Assembly (NCBI GenBank): GCA_047495785.1
Contig: JBLDXI010000026.1
Coordinates: forward strand, 434,001-498,000
Direction: 5' to 3'
DNA: 64,000 nt
Source: Lepidodermella squamata
Lineage: Eukaryota; Animalia; Gastrotricha
In this document: positions 27,285-39,266 of the stretch, piece by piece
How positions within the stretch are numbered: position 1 is the first letter of the stretch
How the letters are laid out: the number at the start of each line of letters is the position of its first letter
Notes under the pieces: generated by a model
What the model was told of the DNA's origin: nothing
Database searches by the model: none
The model's input: only the letters and a program-made list of their open reading frames with translations
Program-made: the position numbers and the translations under genes

Positions 27285-29061
27285 ATGGACCACAGCAGCA
27301 ACTGGCTTGAGCGGAAGCAGAGAGATACAATCTACTGCAATGTTACAACTTTACATGATTTTACATGACATTTCTATTCCATTTCTTTCACAGATCTGTG
27401 GCAAAGTTGTCCCACCGAGAACGAAATACCACCCGCGGCAGTGTAGCGCTTGCCAGGTTAATTACGACGCAACTTTGTCATATTATCTTTCCACTATTTA
27501 TTTAGAAATTTTTCGCTCGCCAATCCGATCGAAGATACGAATTTCAGTGTGTTACTGGAAGATTTGACTGCGTAATATCAACGAAAAAAACTCGTGGCTG
27601 TTGTACGCGTTGCCGGCTGGAAAAGTGCTTTGCAGTGCGCGAACGAAAACGTATGCTATTTTTCGTGATTACTCCTGAAAGAAACAATGAAATTGCCCAG
27701 AATTTGCCACGTCTTCTGCAACTGATTCTAGGTTGGACCAAGATGATTCGGCTCTATATGTCAACCCTGATGGAGAACATTCGGCAACTTCGAAAATTTC
27801 TTTCGATAGCTGGAATTCAATGATACCAAGCAGTCCCGATCTAATCCAATTCAGTGCGGCAGAGAGAGCCACAAAAAACTCAATTATTGGGCTCACAGTC
27901 CTACATGACATGTATTCGGTAATTTATCGTTACTTCCCTTGTTCGTATCTAACAATTTTTACCGACCAAATTTAGTTCCCGTTGCTAAGAAGGAACGATC
28001 CTTACGATGACGTTACCAAGTTGGCATCAGAATTTTCCAACCATCACATTGGGATGTTCAACAAAGCAAGCTCAAGATTTGCACAGTACATGAAAGGTAC
28101 ATTTATTACCAGGCTGCTGATCATAAATGACGTCTGCTTTATTCTTGCAGAAGCTTTCGCCCTGCCTGATGGCGTGTTGGCAGAAACAGTTGCGATAGGA
28201 TGGCCTTTAGTCGCACTTGCTTTCCCATGTCTACCTGGCGATGAAAACCTAATGTGCATCAGCAAAGCTATCATGCCACAATTTCTGTCTATTTTTCCCG
28301 AGTTCGAGGTAAACCTTCTGCCCTTCATTTCAATTATTCGTTGGATATGCACGTTTTGATAATTGATTACTTATCTTCCGAAGTATTGTAGCTTATGGGA
28401 TCCTCGGAGCGGGGGTACCTTTGTGTAGTTTTGGTCCAGTTCGGACCAAAGTATAGGTAACTTGTGGGATTTTCGGGTATTTAATCTCGACCCCTCGAGG
28501 TAACTCTCGAGATATGGTACCCTCTATAAAATCGATCACCAAAATCGGATCATGAATCGGATCGGATGCCTGAATCCTGAATAAAGGCCCAGTTTTTTCT
28601 TGGTTTTCGGATTTTGAAAATATGTCAGCCTGGACTAGTATCTCTGCATGATTTTGACGTTTTGCCCGTTTTGCCCGTTTTGCAGCCTGTCGTTATTTGG
28701 GCGAAGCAGCTTTCAGATGTCTTCAGCGAATGGAAACCGACAATGCCGGAATTTGCTCTGTTCCTTTGCTACCTGTTTTTTAGTGGTAAGCGCTAAGCCG
28801 TAGTGATTCATTGTATGTAACCGCGATTTTTTTCCCAACTCAGCATCTAAGAATCCGGCATTGCTTCGACGATCAGATTTATTGCAGAAATCGCTCATCA
28901 TAAATTACGCTTCTCTAAGAAGAGGCTGTCACTAGCCGGACGAGAATCACGTCGAAAGGGCAATTGCTATAATGGAGCAAGCTGCAGCGTATTGGCCGAC
29001 ATTTTTGAAAAAAGCGGAGGCTCGCTCAAGTCCATGGTTGCGAACCATGGATTTAACATGA
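27285..29061 (+). pseudogene. Nuclear-receptor-like gene, copy F, with an in-frame TAG in the last exon (truncated gene or young pseudogene)
   Basis: Close paralog of copy A (CSACQ P-box). The last exon reads ...RRGCH*PDENHVERAI...PWLRTMDLT*; the TAG at 28933-28935 aligns with TGG in copy A. Confidence 0.75.
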
Positions 29062-29535
29062 ATCTTAACCATGTTTTAAACTGCGGGCTAGTTCGATGAT
29101 TGATGATGCCGGCTAGTTCATTACTACATGCTTAAAACAAAATAAAATGTTTTCGATGGTAATAAGGAATAAGGTGCACAATATTTTTCGATTATGAACC
29201 ACTGAACCATTCTTCGAGGTTTTATTGATTTTTTTGCGGCACAAAAACAAAACTGATACATCATTTTAATAGTGATCGTAAAAAAATTATTTTAAAGTGG
29301 CGACGGGGCCCATGATTCGTTGATTTGGTATAGCAACGAAGGCGATTTTCACACTTAAGCTTGCTGAAACGAATTTCACACTATCGAACCCTTGTAGATT
29401 GTAGATTGTACGGTAAAACTTTATAATCATTTTTTCTTTTTATTTGTGGAAGATTCTACGCTAGAATTTGAATTGGGTTATCAATTATTTACATTACATT
29501 CAGGGCGAAAATTTAATAGCTCAAATCTCAAATTC

Positions 29536-30804
29536 TTACAAGGAATACAAGACAACTGGGGTGAGAACAGTCACAAGAATGCCAACCACAAACAGAGACA
29601 TGTCTATATAAAATATCAGTCGATGATTCTTCTTGCTAGCAATCTCCTCTTCAACATCTCGAGCCATGCTATCCAAGGTTGTATCGGCTGTTGGCGGATA
29701 TGACGACTTGTAAATAATAAATCGTCCGAAAAATATTTCCGGTCCTTCAAGGTAGAACAGAACCGCTATTGATTCGACTATGAATGCCGCATTGATGCAA
29801 GATAGAACAGCAATACAGATGAGTAGGGCAGAATTTGCAACTTTGGGAACGCTTGACGTAACCACTGATTGAATGATCCAAAATGCCAGAAGTATGGTTA
29901 TCAAAAAAGTCGAACGATCAGGCGAATGTGGGAACCACAAGGCGACTATTTGAAGAATAGCAACGAGCCCACTTGGGATGATGATGGTCTGAATGTGATA
30001 ACCTGGTCGTCGTCGAGCCGTAAATCGGTAGGTGAGCACAGTTCGGTCATTAATGCCGGTTCGTTGGATAACTTCAATCCCAGTCAATGACCATACTGAG
30101 CCGTTGATAGATGCATTTTCCTTGCCAATTATCCAACTGACAGAGTTCATACCAGTCCCACGCGACAAATCCGGATAAAGTTTGACCTGATGGTCATGAG
30201 CAATGGGTGCCCAGATGTAGTCGCATGAGTGCGAGTCGAAAGGGAAGTACTTGATACCCTCTTCCATTCGACAGTTGGCATAAAAATAAGAAAAAACGAA
30301 CCAAGAGCAGGTGCTGTTTGGTGCCTTTACGTCCTTCACCGTATTCCATTGTATCGAAGTTTGTGATACCTGCCTTATTGAGGTGAACAGGTCAGGGTTT
30401 CTTGGATCGTTGAATTGCCAAATGACTGGTTGCCAAACTTGCGTGGCCGGAATCAGGTAGTTAATAATGAACGGAGATGTGGTTTTCCCCAATTTCGAGA
30501 CGTTGTCATCTTGCCAAGTGAGTTTAACTCGACCGAGAAATGTCATTGTCTCAGTTAAGTCATCGATCCCATCAAATGTTACGACGGAAACCTCAAGCGT
30601 CGTCTTAACAGGATACAAGCCATCCGAAGTTGGATTCGGCTGTTCTAAAGTTGGGTATGTGCTCCAGAAGGCTTTCGCAAGTCTCTGCGTTTCGTTACCA
30701 AATCGATAATTGTCTTCATCGGAAGCGAAAATCAGTGACTCCATTAGGATGCAATAATCCGTTAGGATGGCTGAAAGAATACAGATGACTCGAAGAGTTT
30801 TCAT
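29536..30804 (-). CDS. Cys-loop (pentameric) ligand-gated ion channel subunit, divergent, intronless
   Basis: 422-aa ORF: hydrophobic N-terminus, LTWQD and WQPVI motifs, Cys-loop C...YFPFDSHSC, pre-M1 RRRPGYH...IIIP and four hydrophobic helices. Confidence 0.9.
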   Translation of the reverse strand: MKTLRVICILSAILTDYCILMESLIFASDEDNYRFGNETQRLAKAFWSTYPTLEQPNPTSDGLYPVKTTLEVSVVTFDGIDDLTETMTFLGRVKLTWQDDNVSKLGKTTSPFIINYLIPATQVWQPVIWQFNDPRNPDLFTSIRQVSQTSIQWNTVKDVKAPNSTCSWFVFSYFYANCRMEEGIKYFPFDSHSCDYIWAPIAHDHQVKLYPDLSRGTGMNSVSWIIGKENASINGSVWSLTGIEVIQRTGINDRTVLTYRFTARRRPGYHIQTIIIPSGLVAILQIVALWFPHSPDRSTFLITILLAFWIIQSVVTSSVPKVANSALLICIAVLSCINAAFIVESIAVLFYLEGPEIFFGRFIIYKSSYPPTADTTLDSMARDVEEEIASKKNHRLIFYIDMSLFVVGILVTVLTPVVLYSL

Positions 30805-30943
30805 GGCTGTTTAAAACAAGTTCAACGAAAAAAAGAGGGCAATGAATTGCAGATTGCAGAGATTAGTCGCTCTCTCGGTAAAAGACGGCCTCATTAATCA
30901 TGAATAAGCTTCGCGGTCCCATATTTACTTCTGCGCAGAAACA

Positions 30944-31091
30944 CCCAATCCAAAACTTAGATCTACAAGCATTGATGATTGATTTTTTAGCCCTAGGGCT
31001 TTGAATCGCACAACGAACAATTTAATCTCAGGAATGCGTATCTACCTGAACGTAACGCGGTTTTGCTCGATAAAGAATTCAATCAGAAATG
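30944..31091. repeat. Dispersed repeat; second copy at about 34887-35012
   Basis: Shared CCCAATCCAA..CTT-GATCTACA-GCATTGATGATTGATTTTTT-AGCCCTAGGGCTTTGAAT...ACGAACAATTTAA and TAAAGAATTCAATCAGAAAT. Confidence 0.8.
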
Positions 31092-33141
31092 CGATTGGGG
31101 ATAATAAAGAGAAATTATAGGAAAATCGGCATGCAAAAGCTTGTCCCAAAGTTTTGTACCCGTTTAAACATTGGCTTTAACCCGGATTTTGTAGGCCCGC
31201 GCTCAACACACACTAAAAGCGAGTAATAAATCATGACTTGAAATCACGAAACTAAGGGTCCACATGTTTGCACCACTCAAAATGAGGATCCAGTTCCAGC
31301 ACTAAAGTGTTTGCGGGGTGTTCGTTGCTGCAATTGTGGTGGCGAGCACACCGCGAACTCGAGGGATTGCCCTCTGCGCCGGCCTTCGGCTGGCTGAAAC
31401 GAAAGTTTCATGGGAAATTGCGATGCAATTTCAAGACGGGTCGGGGGTAACTGGGATTTCTAACGAAATCCTAGTTGCTCATCCACTCTAAATTTGGGAA
31501 AATTTTTAAGGACGGGATAGTTTTGGTCCCAAGGGGCGGGTTCTGGGTCTAAGTGGTGACGGCGGGTGGTTAAGTTGGTCCCACTTTGGCTACATGATGA
31601 ATCCGCTGCCAGGTCCGTCTGTGATCTTCCATCACAAGTGACGCTGTAGGAGCAACTTTGATAGCTCGATCGGCGCGGCTCTGAGCCAAATTCCCCAGTA
31701 AGTTAGGGAGGGGGGGGGGGTCCTCCAGCACTAGAGCGTCTGGGCACTATCATAAATTGTTCAGATTCTTTGCTATTTCGGCGTTTTCGTTTTTGATCGA
31801 GACTGCTGCCCTCCTTGAACCTATATAGGATTTTTTATTTTAGCTACATGGTGTCTAAGCTATTTAGAAAAATTATCGATGTTGGACATGTTAGACGGAT
31901 ATCGGGAAAATCACTGATTTGTAATATCGATAATTGGAATCGAATCGTATAATTCATACATTGACCGCTCATAGCGCAAAATACGCGTAAAAATACGAAG
32001 AACTATTGGTTACATTGTGTTTCAAGTAGTAAGTAGCACTTTGAACCGCGCGCTGATTGGTCAATTCATTGTTGCTATGACTCCGGGATGAAACAATTTA
32101 GTCGTGCAATCCGCTAATAAATTATTTTCTATTTATGCAAAAAATGACCTTGCCACGCCCTCTGCACGGTTTCCATTGACCACGAGCGTAAACCCCATAA
32201 TAATCGTAGCAATTTACTGCGGCAAAAAACACTTGTTGCAAAAAATTTCATGGATCGCACAACCAACATGTTTCATCCGGGATTAGCAAGCCAAAAATTT
32301 CGGAAAAATACCTTTATTTTTATCGGGATTTTTATCGAGGGTGATAGGTGGAGCTTTTAATTTAAAATTAAGAATTGTTTGATGAGCAATTCTCAAAAAT
32401 TCATTCACATCGAGGAGTGATCGATTGCGAATTTTCACTGCTTGTATAATTCATGCCGATAGAATCGACACTGGGCGGTCTAGATTCTATCATCGTAAAC
32501 CGAAAAAACGGGTTTCAAATCACTCAATGCTACTTCTCCCTCGATAGGTCGCTTGGAGGGAAATAATGAGAAAAAATGTGCCCCAACAAAAATTTAATTT
32601 TTTTTTTAATTTCCCAAAAAATCTAAATTGATGAGAGAGCGTTGGGCTTACAATTTTTCCAGAATTTATTGCAATATTGAACAAATTTCCTGAGGTGATT
32701 GAGCTTTCCGCGTTAGACTGCGATAACAACGAATAAAAGTTGAAGTTTCGTTGAAACACTATTGCGCAATGAGAGAACAATGCTGGTAATTAAGAATGCG
32801 CATTCAGTGGCGCTGAGACTTCGTTGCATGGGGAGATGCTTTGAGTACTTCACGGTTAAATCACATTCAAAACCAAAAACAGGCACATTTTATAGCTCTT
32901 CCTTGATGACCGAGAGCAAGAGTACATCGTCTTTTTAATTCATACGATCAACTTTTAAGCTTTAGTAAACAAATCTATGATGGTGTTATGATTCGATTAC
33001 AACGGCACGTGTGCTTTGGAAAAAAAAACAATCAATAAGTCATTTACGTTTGTAAAATCAAAGCCGCGCCTTCCAGCTCAATCTATGCAGTTGTACTTTT
33101 CCATATTATAGAATTCAGTCAAATAATTTGATCTTGTACAT

Positions 33142-34871
33142 ATGGACAACAGCGACGGACGAAGAAAAGCCCGAAAACAGAAATCTACAGTCCATTGCAA
33201 CGTATTTTACCTATGGGTGAATTTTTTCAATTAGATCAAATCATTTTTTTTCATGCATAGGTATGTGGCAAAGTTGTCCCGCCTAGAAAAACATACAATC
33301 CTAGGCAATGTGACGCCTGCCAGGTAAGTTATGTCTCATCTCTGTTATAATTATGTCAAGAATTTGTCCAGAAATTTTTCACTCGGCAATCCCACCGAAG
33401 GCTGGAATTTCAATGCATCACTGGAAAGTTCAACTGCGAAATAGAGCCTGGCAAAACTCGAGGCTGTTGTACCCGTTGCCGGCTTGAAAAGTGCATTGCT
33501 TCCCGGCTAAATATTCGTATGTTTGCAGAAAAAAATCAATTAAATTGTTCAGATTATAAAAGACAACTTGGTGAGGCTTCAGGTTCGGAAAATGAGTCAA
33601 ATGACTCTTCTGGGACAGACCAAAGTAATTCGTCGCTAATCGTCAATCCGGATGACCCGTTCCGTCTTAACGCGGTCGAAAAAGTGGCCAGAAACTCTAT
33701 TGTCGGATTAACAATTCTACACGATTTATATTCGGTATGAACTGGTTAGAAAAATTGATGAAATTGTCACAAAAATTATTGCCTTCCAGTTTCCTCTACG
33801 AACACGAAATAAGCCTTACGATGATATCAACATGTTGGCCGTAGACTTTTGCATCCACCATATCAGCATTTTTTACGATTTGAGTTTCAAATTCGCCAAT
33901 TACATGAAAGGTTTGATTTTTTAATTTTTTAAGGATTTCCGTCGAATTATCTGCATTTTTTAGAGGCGTTCTCGTTGTCGGACTCGGATTTTAACGCGGT
34001 TTTGACCACCGGCTGGGCACCGACGGTTTTCATTTTTTCAGCTCTGCCGAGCAACCATTCTGCCATGTCCATCACCGACGCTGTTCTTCCGCAATTTCTA
34101 TCCATTTTCCCAGAATATCAGGTAAATTGTACCAGGTTAAAAAATTGGGCAAAATCTTTGCCCTAATTCTTGGGAGATAAATTGATGATCCAATATTAAT
34201 ATTTAATATTCATATAATTTGGGTTGAAATTGAAATCGTAATTTTTGGTAATAAGAACTGATATATTGCTACCAATTTTCAAATTTATTCCGAATCTCGC
34301 AGTAGGAAATTCGGAATACATTTGGAATAAATTCCTATTTGGAATAAATTCGGAATAAATTTGGAATAAATCGGGGCCGTTTCGGAAATTTTAGGGAATA
34401 ATTCTTAGATTTGCGAAAATATTCAATAAATTGAAATACATAGAATTTAACATAATTTTTAATTTGAATGTTTTGCAGGCGACTATCGATTTCTCAAAGG
34501 ATATTTCGCACATTATCACCTGCTGGGAACCGTCTATGCCTGAATTCGCATTATTACTTAGTTATTTTTCCCTTAGTGGTAAGTAAAACTTCGTTTTTTC
34601 AATGCTATCGAAATTTCCGACTCTGCTTTCAGGAAAAAGTTTTCAGTCTACAAATCCTCGCCTAGCGCAACTTTCAAGGCTGGTTAAGCATTGTCTCGTT
34701 TCCATGCAATATTCAAACTCGCGTAAAAGCTATATCAATCAAATTATAGAAACTATGGGCAATGTGCTAACACTATTTCCGGCAGCTGCTAAGATCACGG
34801 CGGCTCGCCAAGATTTTGCTTTCCCCGAGCAGCAATACAGCATGGTTTTGGAGAAGTTCTCCTCGTATTGA
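33142..34871 (+). CDS. Divergent nuclear-receptor-like gene, copy G
   Basis: MDNSDG...VHCN|VCGKVVPPRKTYNPRQCDACQ|KFFTRQSHRRLEFQCITGKFNCEIEPGKTRGCCTRCRLEKC; FANYMK|EAFSLSDSDFNAVLTTGW; ends YSMVLEKFSSY*. Confidence 0.85.
34308..34372. repeat. Intronic minisatellite of TT(T/C)GGAATAAA units
   Basis: About five 10-11 bp units inside the enlarged intron of NR copy G. Confidence 0.65.
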
Positions 34872-35739
34872 ATATGGATAAAAAAACCCAATCCAACTTG
34901 GATCTACAGGCATTGATGATTGATTTTTTCAGCCCTAGGGCTTTGAATAGCAAAACGAACAATTTAAGCTCAGAAATTCGTTTTTACCTGCATAAAGAAT
35001 TCAATCAGAAATATTTATGGCGACAATAAAGTCGAAATATGCCCAGAGTCATTTTTTGAATAATTCTACGAATTCGAGGCTAAGCATGAATTCTGAATTA
35101 AACACTCAGTAATTTGACTGGTAATTTTTCTATAATTATTGTGGCTAATCTTGACCCGCCAGAAATATCCGAAAAGCGATTTCAGGCCACTAGAAAATTC
35201 AAAGATTTGGTCCCGGTACAGCACATTAGGTTCCGCTAGAAAGAGGAGCTAATTATATGTTTTAGCCACAAGTTTCGAAATCCTGTCTAATAATGGTGTC
35301 AGAATTAGCGAATTTCACGAAATTTCGTGTGAAACGTCAACTAAAATGTATTATATTTGTTCACAATTCAACCGCGAAATATTGGAAATTTTGAAAATTA
35401 ATTTTTGGTGAACCGTTAACAATTCATTAATTATGTTTTCGAACCCTTGACCCCTGGGTTACTAAATTAATGATGGGCGATTATATGCGACTGGGCTACT
35501 ATTAGGACAAATACGATAGCTAGCCGATATATTTCATTGTTTTGACGGCTGGCTAAGAAAAAACTGACCGTAAACATCAGTGTTAAACATCAGAGTGAAC
35601 CGTTCTAACTTCGGACGCAATGCTGAAACGTCGTTTTTCCACCAGTGGAGGTGGCTGGCGGCCCTCGTTAACGCAGTCTCTAATTTACGCATTGTTAATT
35701 GTTCATTGTTATTTTCCGGATCTGCCCGATAACATTCAA

Positions 35740-36146
35740 TAATTTTTTCGCGTTACCCCGCTTTCCCGCGGGAGAGTTGGGCTGTATTGCTGAATGCATT
35801 CGGGCGCCCGCGTTTCCCGGATTTTTTTATTGCCTTTTCCCCGCGATTCCCAGAAAATCCTAGCTCATCCGCAAAAAAACACGGGCGAATAAAAAAATGT
35901 GCTCATTGCCCGCCCAACCCGGATTTTTTTATTGTTTTCCCGTGAAATCCGGCGGGCTGCCCCGGGCAAGGCGGAGAATAAAAAAATACACCCTTACGGG
36001 CTGGGCAGGAAGTGCGGGAAAATTGCTGAATGCTCTGCGTACGACACGGGCGAGTCGGGCTGTGCGGGCAGAATAAAAAAATGTTCATGGGCAGTGCCCG
36101 GCTTTTTGCTTTCGGGCAGGCCGGGCTGAATATAAAAATACACCCA
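35740..36146. repeat. GC-rich internally repetitive element
   Basis: Recurrent CGGGC..AATAAAAAAAT / AAAAATACACCC and ATTGCTGAATGC motifs in both orientations. Confidence 0.45.
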
Positions 36147-36148
36147 TA

Positions 36149-36937
36149 CTGTAGCGCGGTCCTTTTTCGGACGGGGTAATTTCGGACACTTTTGACTTTG
36201 AGCGCATGTTTCTCCTCAACCCTCGTGGATAAAAATACCGTTCAAAATGTAGAAAATAGTCCAGAGTCCCGCCTTTCAAATGACATCTGAAATATGAGAA
36301 ACGGATTTTTTCACGAATAATGGTTGCACTTCTTCGCAGGTGTGCGCCGAGGTAAAAAATTGCCAACTTTTTTATTCGGCAGTATTTTTCGCCGGAAAGA
36401 AGCGCAAAAGAAAGAGCGCATCGACTTTAGTTAGATGGGCATGTTTAGAACAAATTTAAATTGCTCATTTGTCCTGAAATTCAGCCAGAAAAAACGAAAT
36501 CCCTCGGCTTATTTCGGACAGCCACAAACTGCAGATCGACCTTGACGTTTTTTAAAATTTAATATTTTAGTGAGAATAGCACTGAGCTGCGTTGAGAGCT
36601 CAATTCACTATCGGGGGTTCAAATCCCTCAACATGCAATTTATTTTTTTCTATTAAAATCTGCTCACAAATATTATCTCGCTTTAATGAGAACTTTGACC
36701 CTAATCTAAATATTCACACTGAGCTGTCCGAAATTACCCCAGTTGTGTCCGAAATTAGCCGAGTCAGTTATCCGTGAATACCTGTGCAGTTGAAGGTACA
36801 TTTTTACCGTGATTAACACTAGGATATGCAGTTTTTCAAGGCGCATCTTTTGGCGCAAAGTACGTCAAAAAATTCGTTCACCTCACAAAATTAAGCCTGA
36901 AAAACAGGTTTTTGTCCGAAATAAGACCACGCTACAG
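36149..36937. mobile_element. TA-flanked non-autonomous Tc1/mariner/pogo-type element
   Basis: TA|CTGTAGCGCGGTCCTTTTTCGGAC ... GTCCGAAATAAGACCACGCTACAG|TA; subterminal ATTTCGGAC/GTCCGAAAT repeats; no transposase ORF. Confidence 0.8.
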
Positions 36938-37164
36938 TATGCGACGCCATTCGGTCGACGAGTTTTTTTAATTCATATGATTAACTTTTACGCTTTATAA
37001 TATCGAATACAAATCTATGATGTTACCAGGCACGTGCTCCAAAAAGACCAATCAGTAAAAAAAATCAATTGCGTTTGTGAAGCAAAGCAACGTCTTACGC
37101 CACCTCCATCAATGCAGTTGTACTTTCGATTTTACAAATCAGCACAAATAATTTGATATTATAC

Positions 37165-38934
37165 ATGGACAACAGCGGCGACGGTGGGCGGAAACAGAAA
37201 GCTACAGTCTATTGCAATGTAATAAATTTGCGTGATTTTTTTCGACTTGAAGTAACCATTTTTCATGCTTAGGTATGCGGCAAAGTTGTCCCGCCTAGGA
37301 AGACATACAATCCGAGGCAATGTGACGCATGCCAGGTAGATTTTCCTCTCATATTCGTCCTTATATTATGTCAAGGATTTTTTCCAGAAATTTTTCGCCC
37401 GGCAATCCCACCGGAGACTCGAATTTCAATGCATCACTGGAAAATTTAACTGCGAGATAGAACCTGGCAAAACTCGCGGCTGTTGTACCCGTTGCCGGCT
37501 TGAAAAATGTATTGCATCTCGGCAAAATATTCGTATGCAAAATATTTTAGCGGAAAACAAATCAATATAGAATTTTTCAGATTTTAAAAAGCAACTTGCC
37601 GATGCTTCAGTTTCGGAAAATGAGCCAACTGAATCTTATGGGGCGGATCAAGATAATTCGAGGGTACTAATCGCCGATCCCGATGACCCGTTCCGCCTTA
37701 ACGCGGTCGAAAAAGTGGCTAGAAACTCTATTGTCGGATTAACAATTCTACACGATTTACATTCGGTATGTACTCGCGTAAAAATTCGATGAAATACAGC
37801 AAAACTTCTTACCTTTTAGTTTCCTTTACGAACACGAAATAAGCCTTACGAAGATGTCAATATGTTGGCCGTAGACTTTTGCATCCACCACGTCAGCATT
37901 TTTTACAATTTGAGTTTCAAATTTGCAAAGTACATGAAAGGTTGGATTTTTTTGCGTGTAAATTTCGTCGAATTATCGGAATTTTTTTAGAGGCATTCTC
38001 GTTGTCGGACTCTGATTTAAACGCGGTTTTGACCACCGGCTGGACACGAACGGCTTTCGTTTTCGCAGCTCTGCCGAGTAACCAATGCGCCATGTCCATC
38101 AGCGACGCTGTTCTACCGCAATTTCTAACCATTTTCCCGGAATATCAGGTAAATGAGACCAATTACCAATTATCAATTGCCAATAATCATCAATAATTTA
38201 GGTTAGATGTTAGAATCTTTGAATATGGGCTTGGGCGAGGATCTTCAAAACCGGAAACGGTATATACAGCGTTCAGTCCCGAGAGGAAAATTAAAAACAT
38301 TATTCATTCATTCATTCGTTGAAATTGGAAATTTTAGGTCGTACATATTAAGAAATGATCTCTTTTTATCTAGATTAAAATTAACTTCCTCTGACCATTG
38401 CAGATGACCAGCTATTTCCGAATAAAATGGGACTGCTTCGGATATTTTTGGAAATAAATTGGCTCAAATATAAAAAGAATTAATTATATAAATAATTACA
38501 CAAATTTAATTCATTTTCAAACTTTAATTTATCTTGCAGGCGATTATGGATCTGTCGAAGGACCTTTCGCACGTGATAAGCTGCTGGAGTCCATCGATGC
38601 CCGAATTCGCCTTATTACTCAGTTATTTGTTCCTCAGCGGTAAGTAGAATTTCGTGATCCCGATGTTTTCTCAAAATTTCCGGCGCTATTTTTAGGGAAA
38701 GGTTTTCGGAGAACAAATCCCAGATTGGCGCAACTTTCTAGACTGGTTAAGCATTCTCTCGTTTCCATGCAATTTTCAAACTCGCGTAAAAGCTGTATCA
38801 ATCAAATTATAGAAATTATGGACGATGTGTTATCGCGTTTTCCGACTGCCGCCAAGATCACGGCTGCTCGCCGAGATTTTGCTTTCCCTGAGAAACAATA
38901 CAGCATGGTTTTGGAGAGGGTTTCCTCGTCTTGA
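37165..38934 (+). CDS. Divergent nuclear-receptor-like gene, copy H (recent tandem duplicate of G)
   Basis: Near-identical exons to G (CDACQ P-box), with similarity extending into the upstream flank; ends YSMVLERVSSS*. Confidence 0.85.
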
Positions 38935-39266
38935 ATATGGATAATTAATAAAACTAAAATCTTATGGGCTCGTATTTTTATTTTGGCTTGCTTAGCCGTG
39001 GTAAATAAACTTGAAATTGTTGTTATGCTGAGGAGCACGAGTTAGTTGTCGTGACCGGCACGCGATCAAGTTTGAAGCATCGCTAAACTGGCATAAAAAA
39101 ATTAAGACGGCTTCAATCTTAAATTCTTAAATAAATTTGCATTATCGATAAATCAAATTTTATTAATATAATTATCAATTTTTTCAACAATTAACGCAAA
39201 ATTCTTGAATTTTCCTGTTATTCGATCATTCCTAGAATTTTTGTTTTCCCATTAGATCAATATAGG

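Noticed and set aside
31290-31745. GC-rich segment bounded by imperfect direct repeats TCCAGCACTA(A/G)AG and containing a poly-G run
   Set aside because: Probably repeat-derived, but no TIR, TSD or second copy could be established.
36575-36640. B-box-like GGTTCAAATCC suggesting a tRNA or SINE
   Set aside because: No cloverleaf or clear A-box, and it lies inside a DNA transposon remnant.
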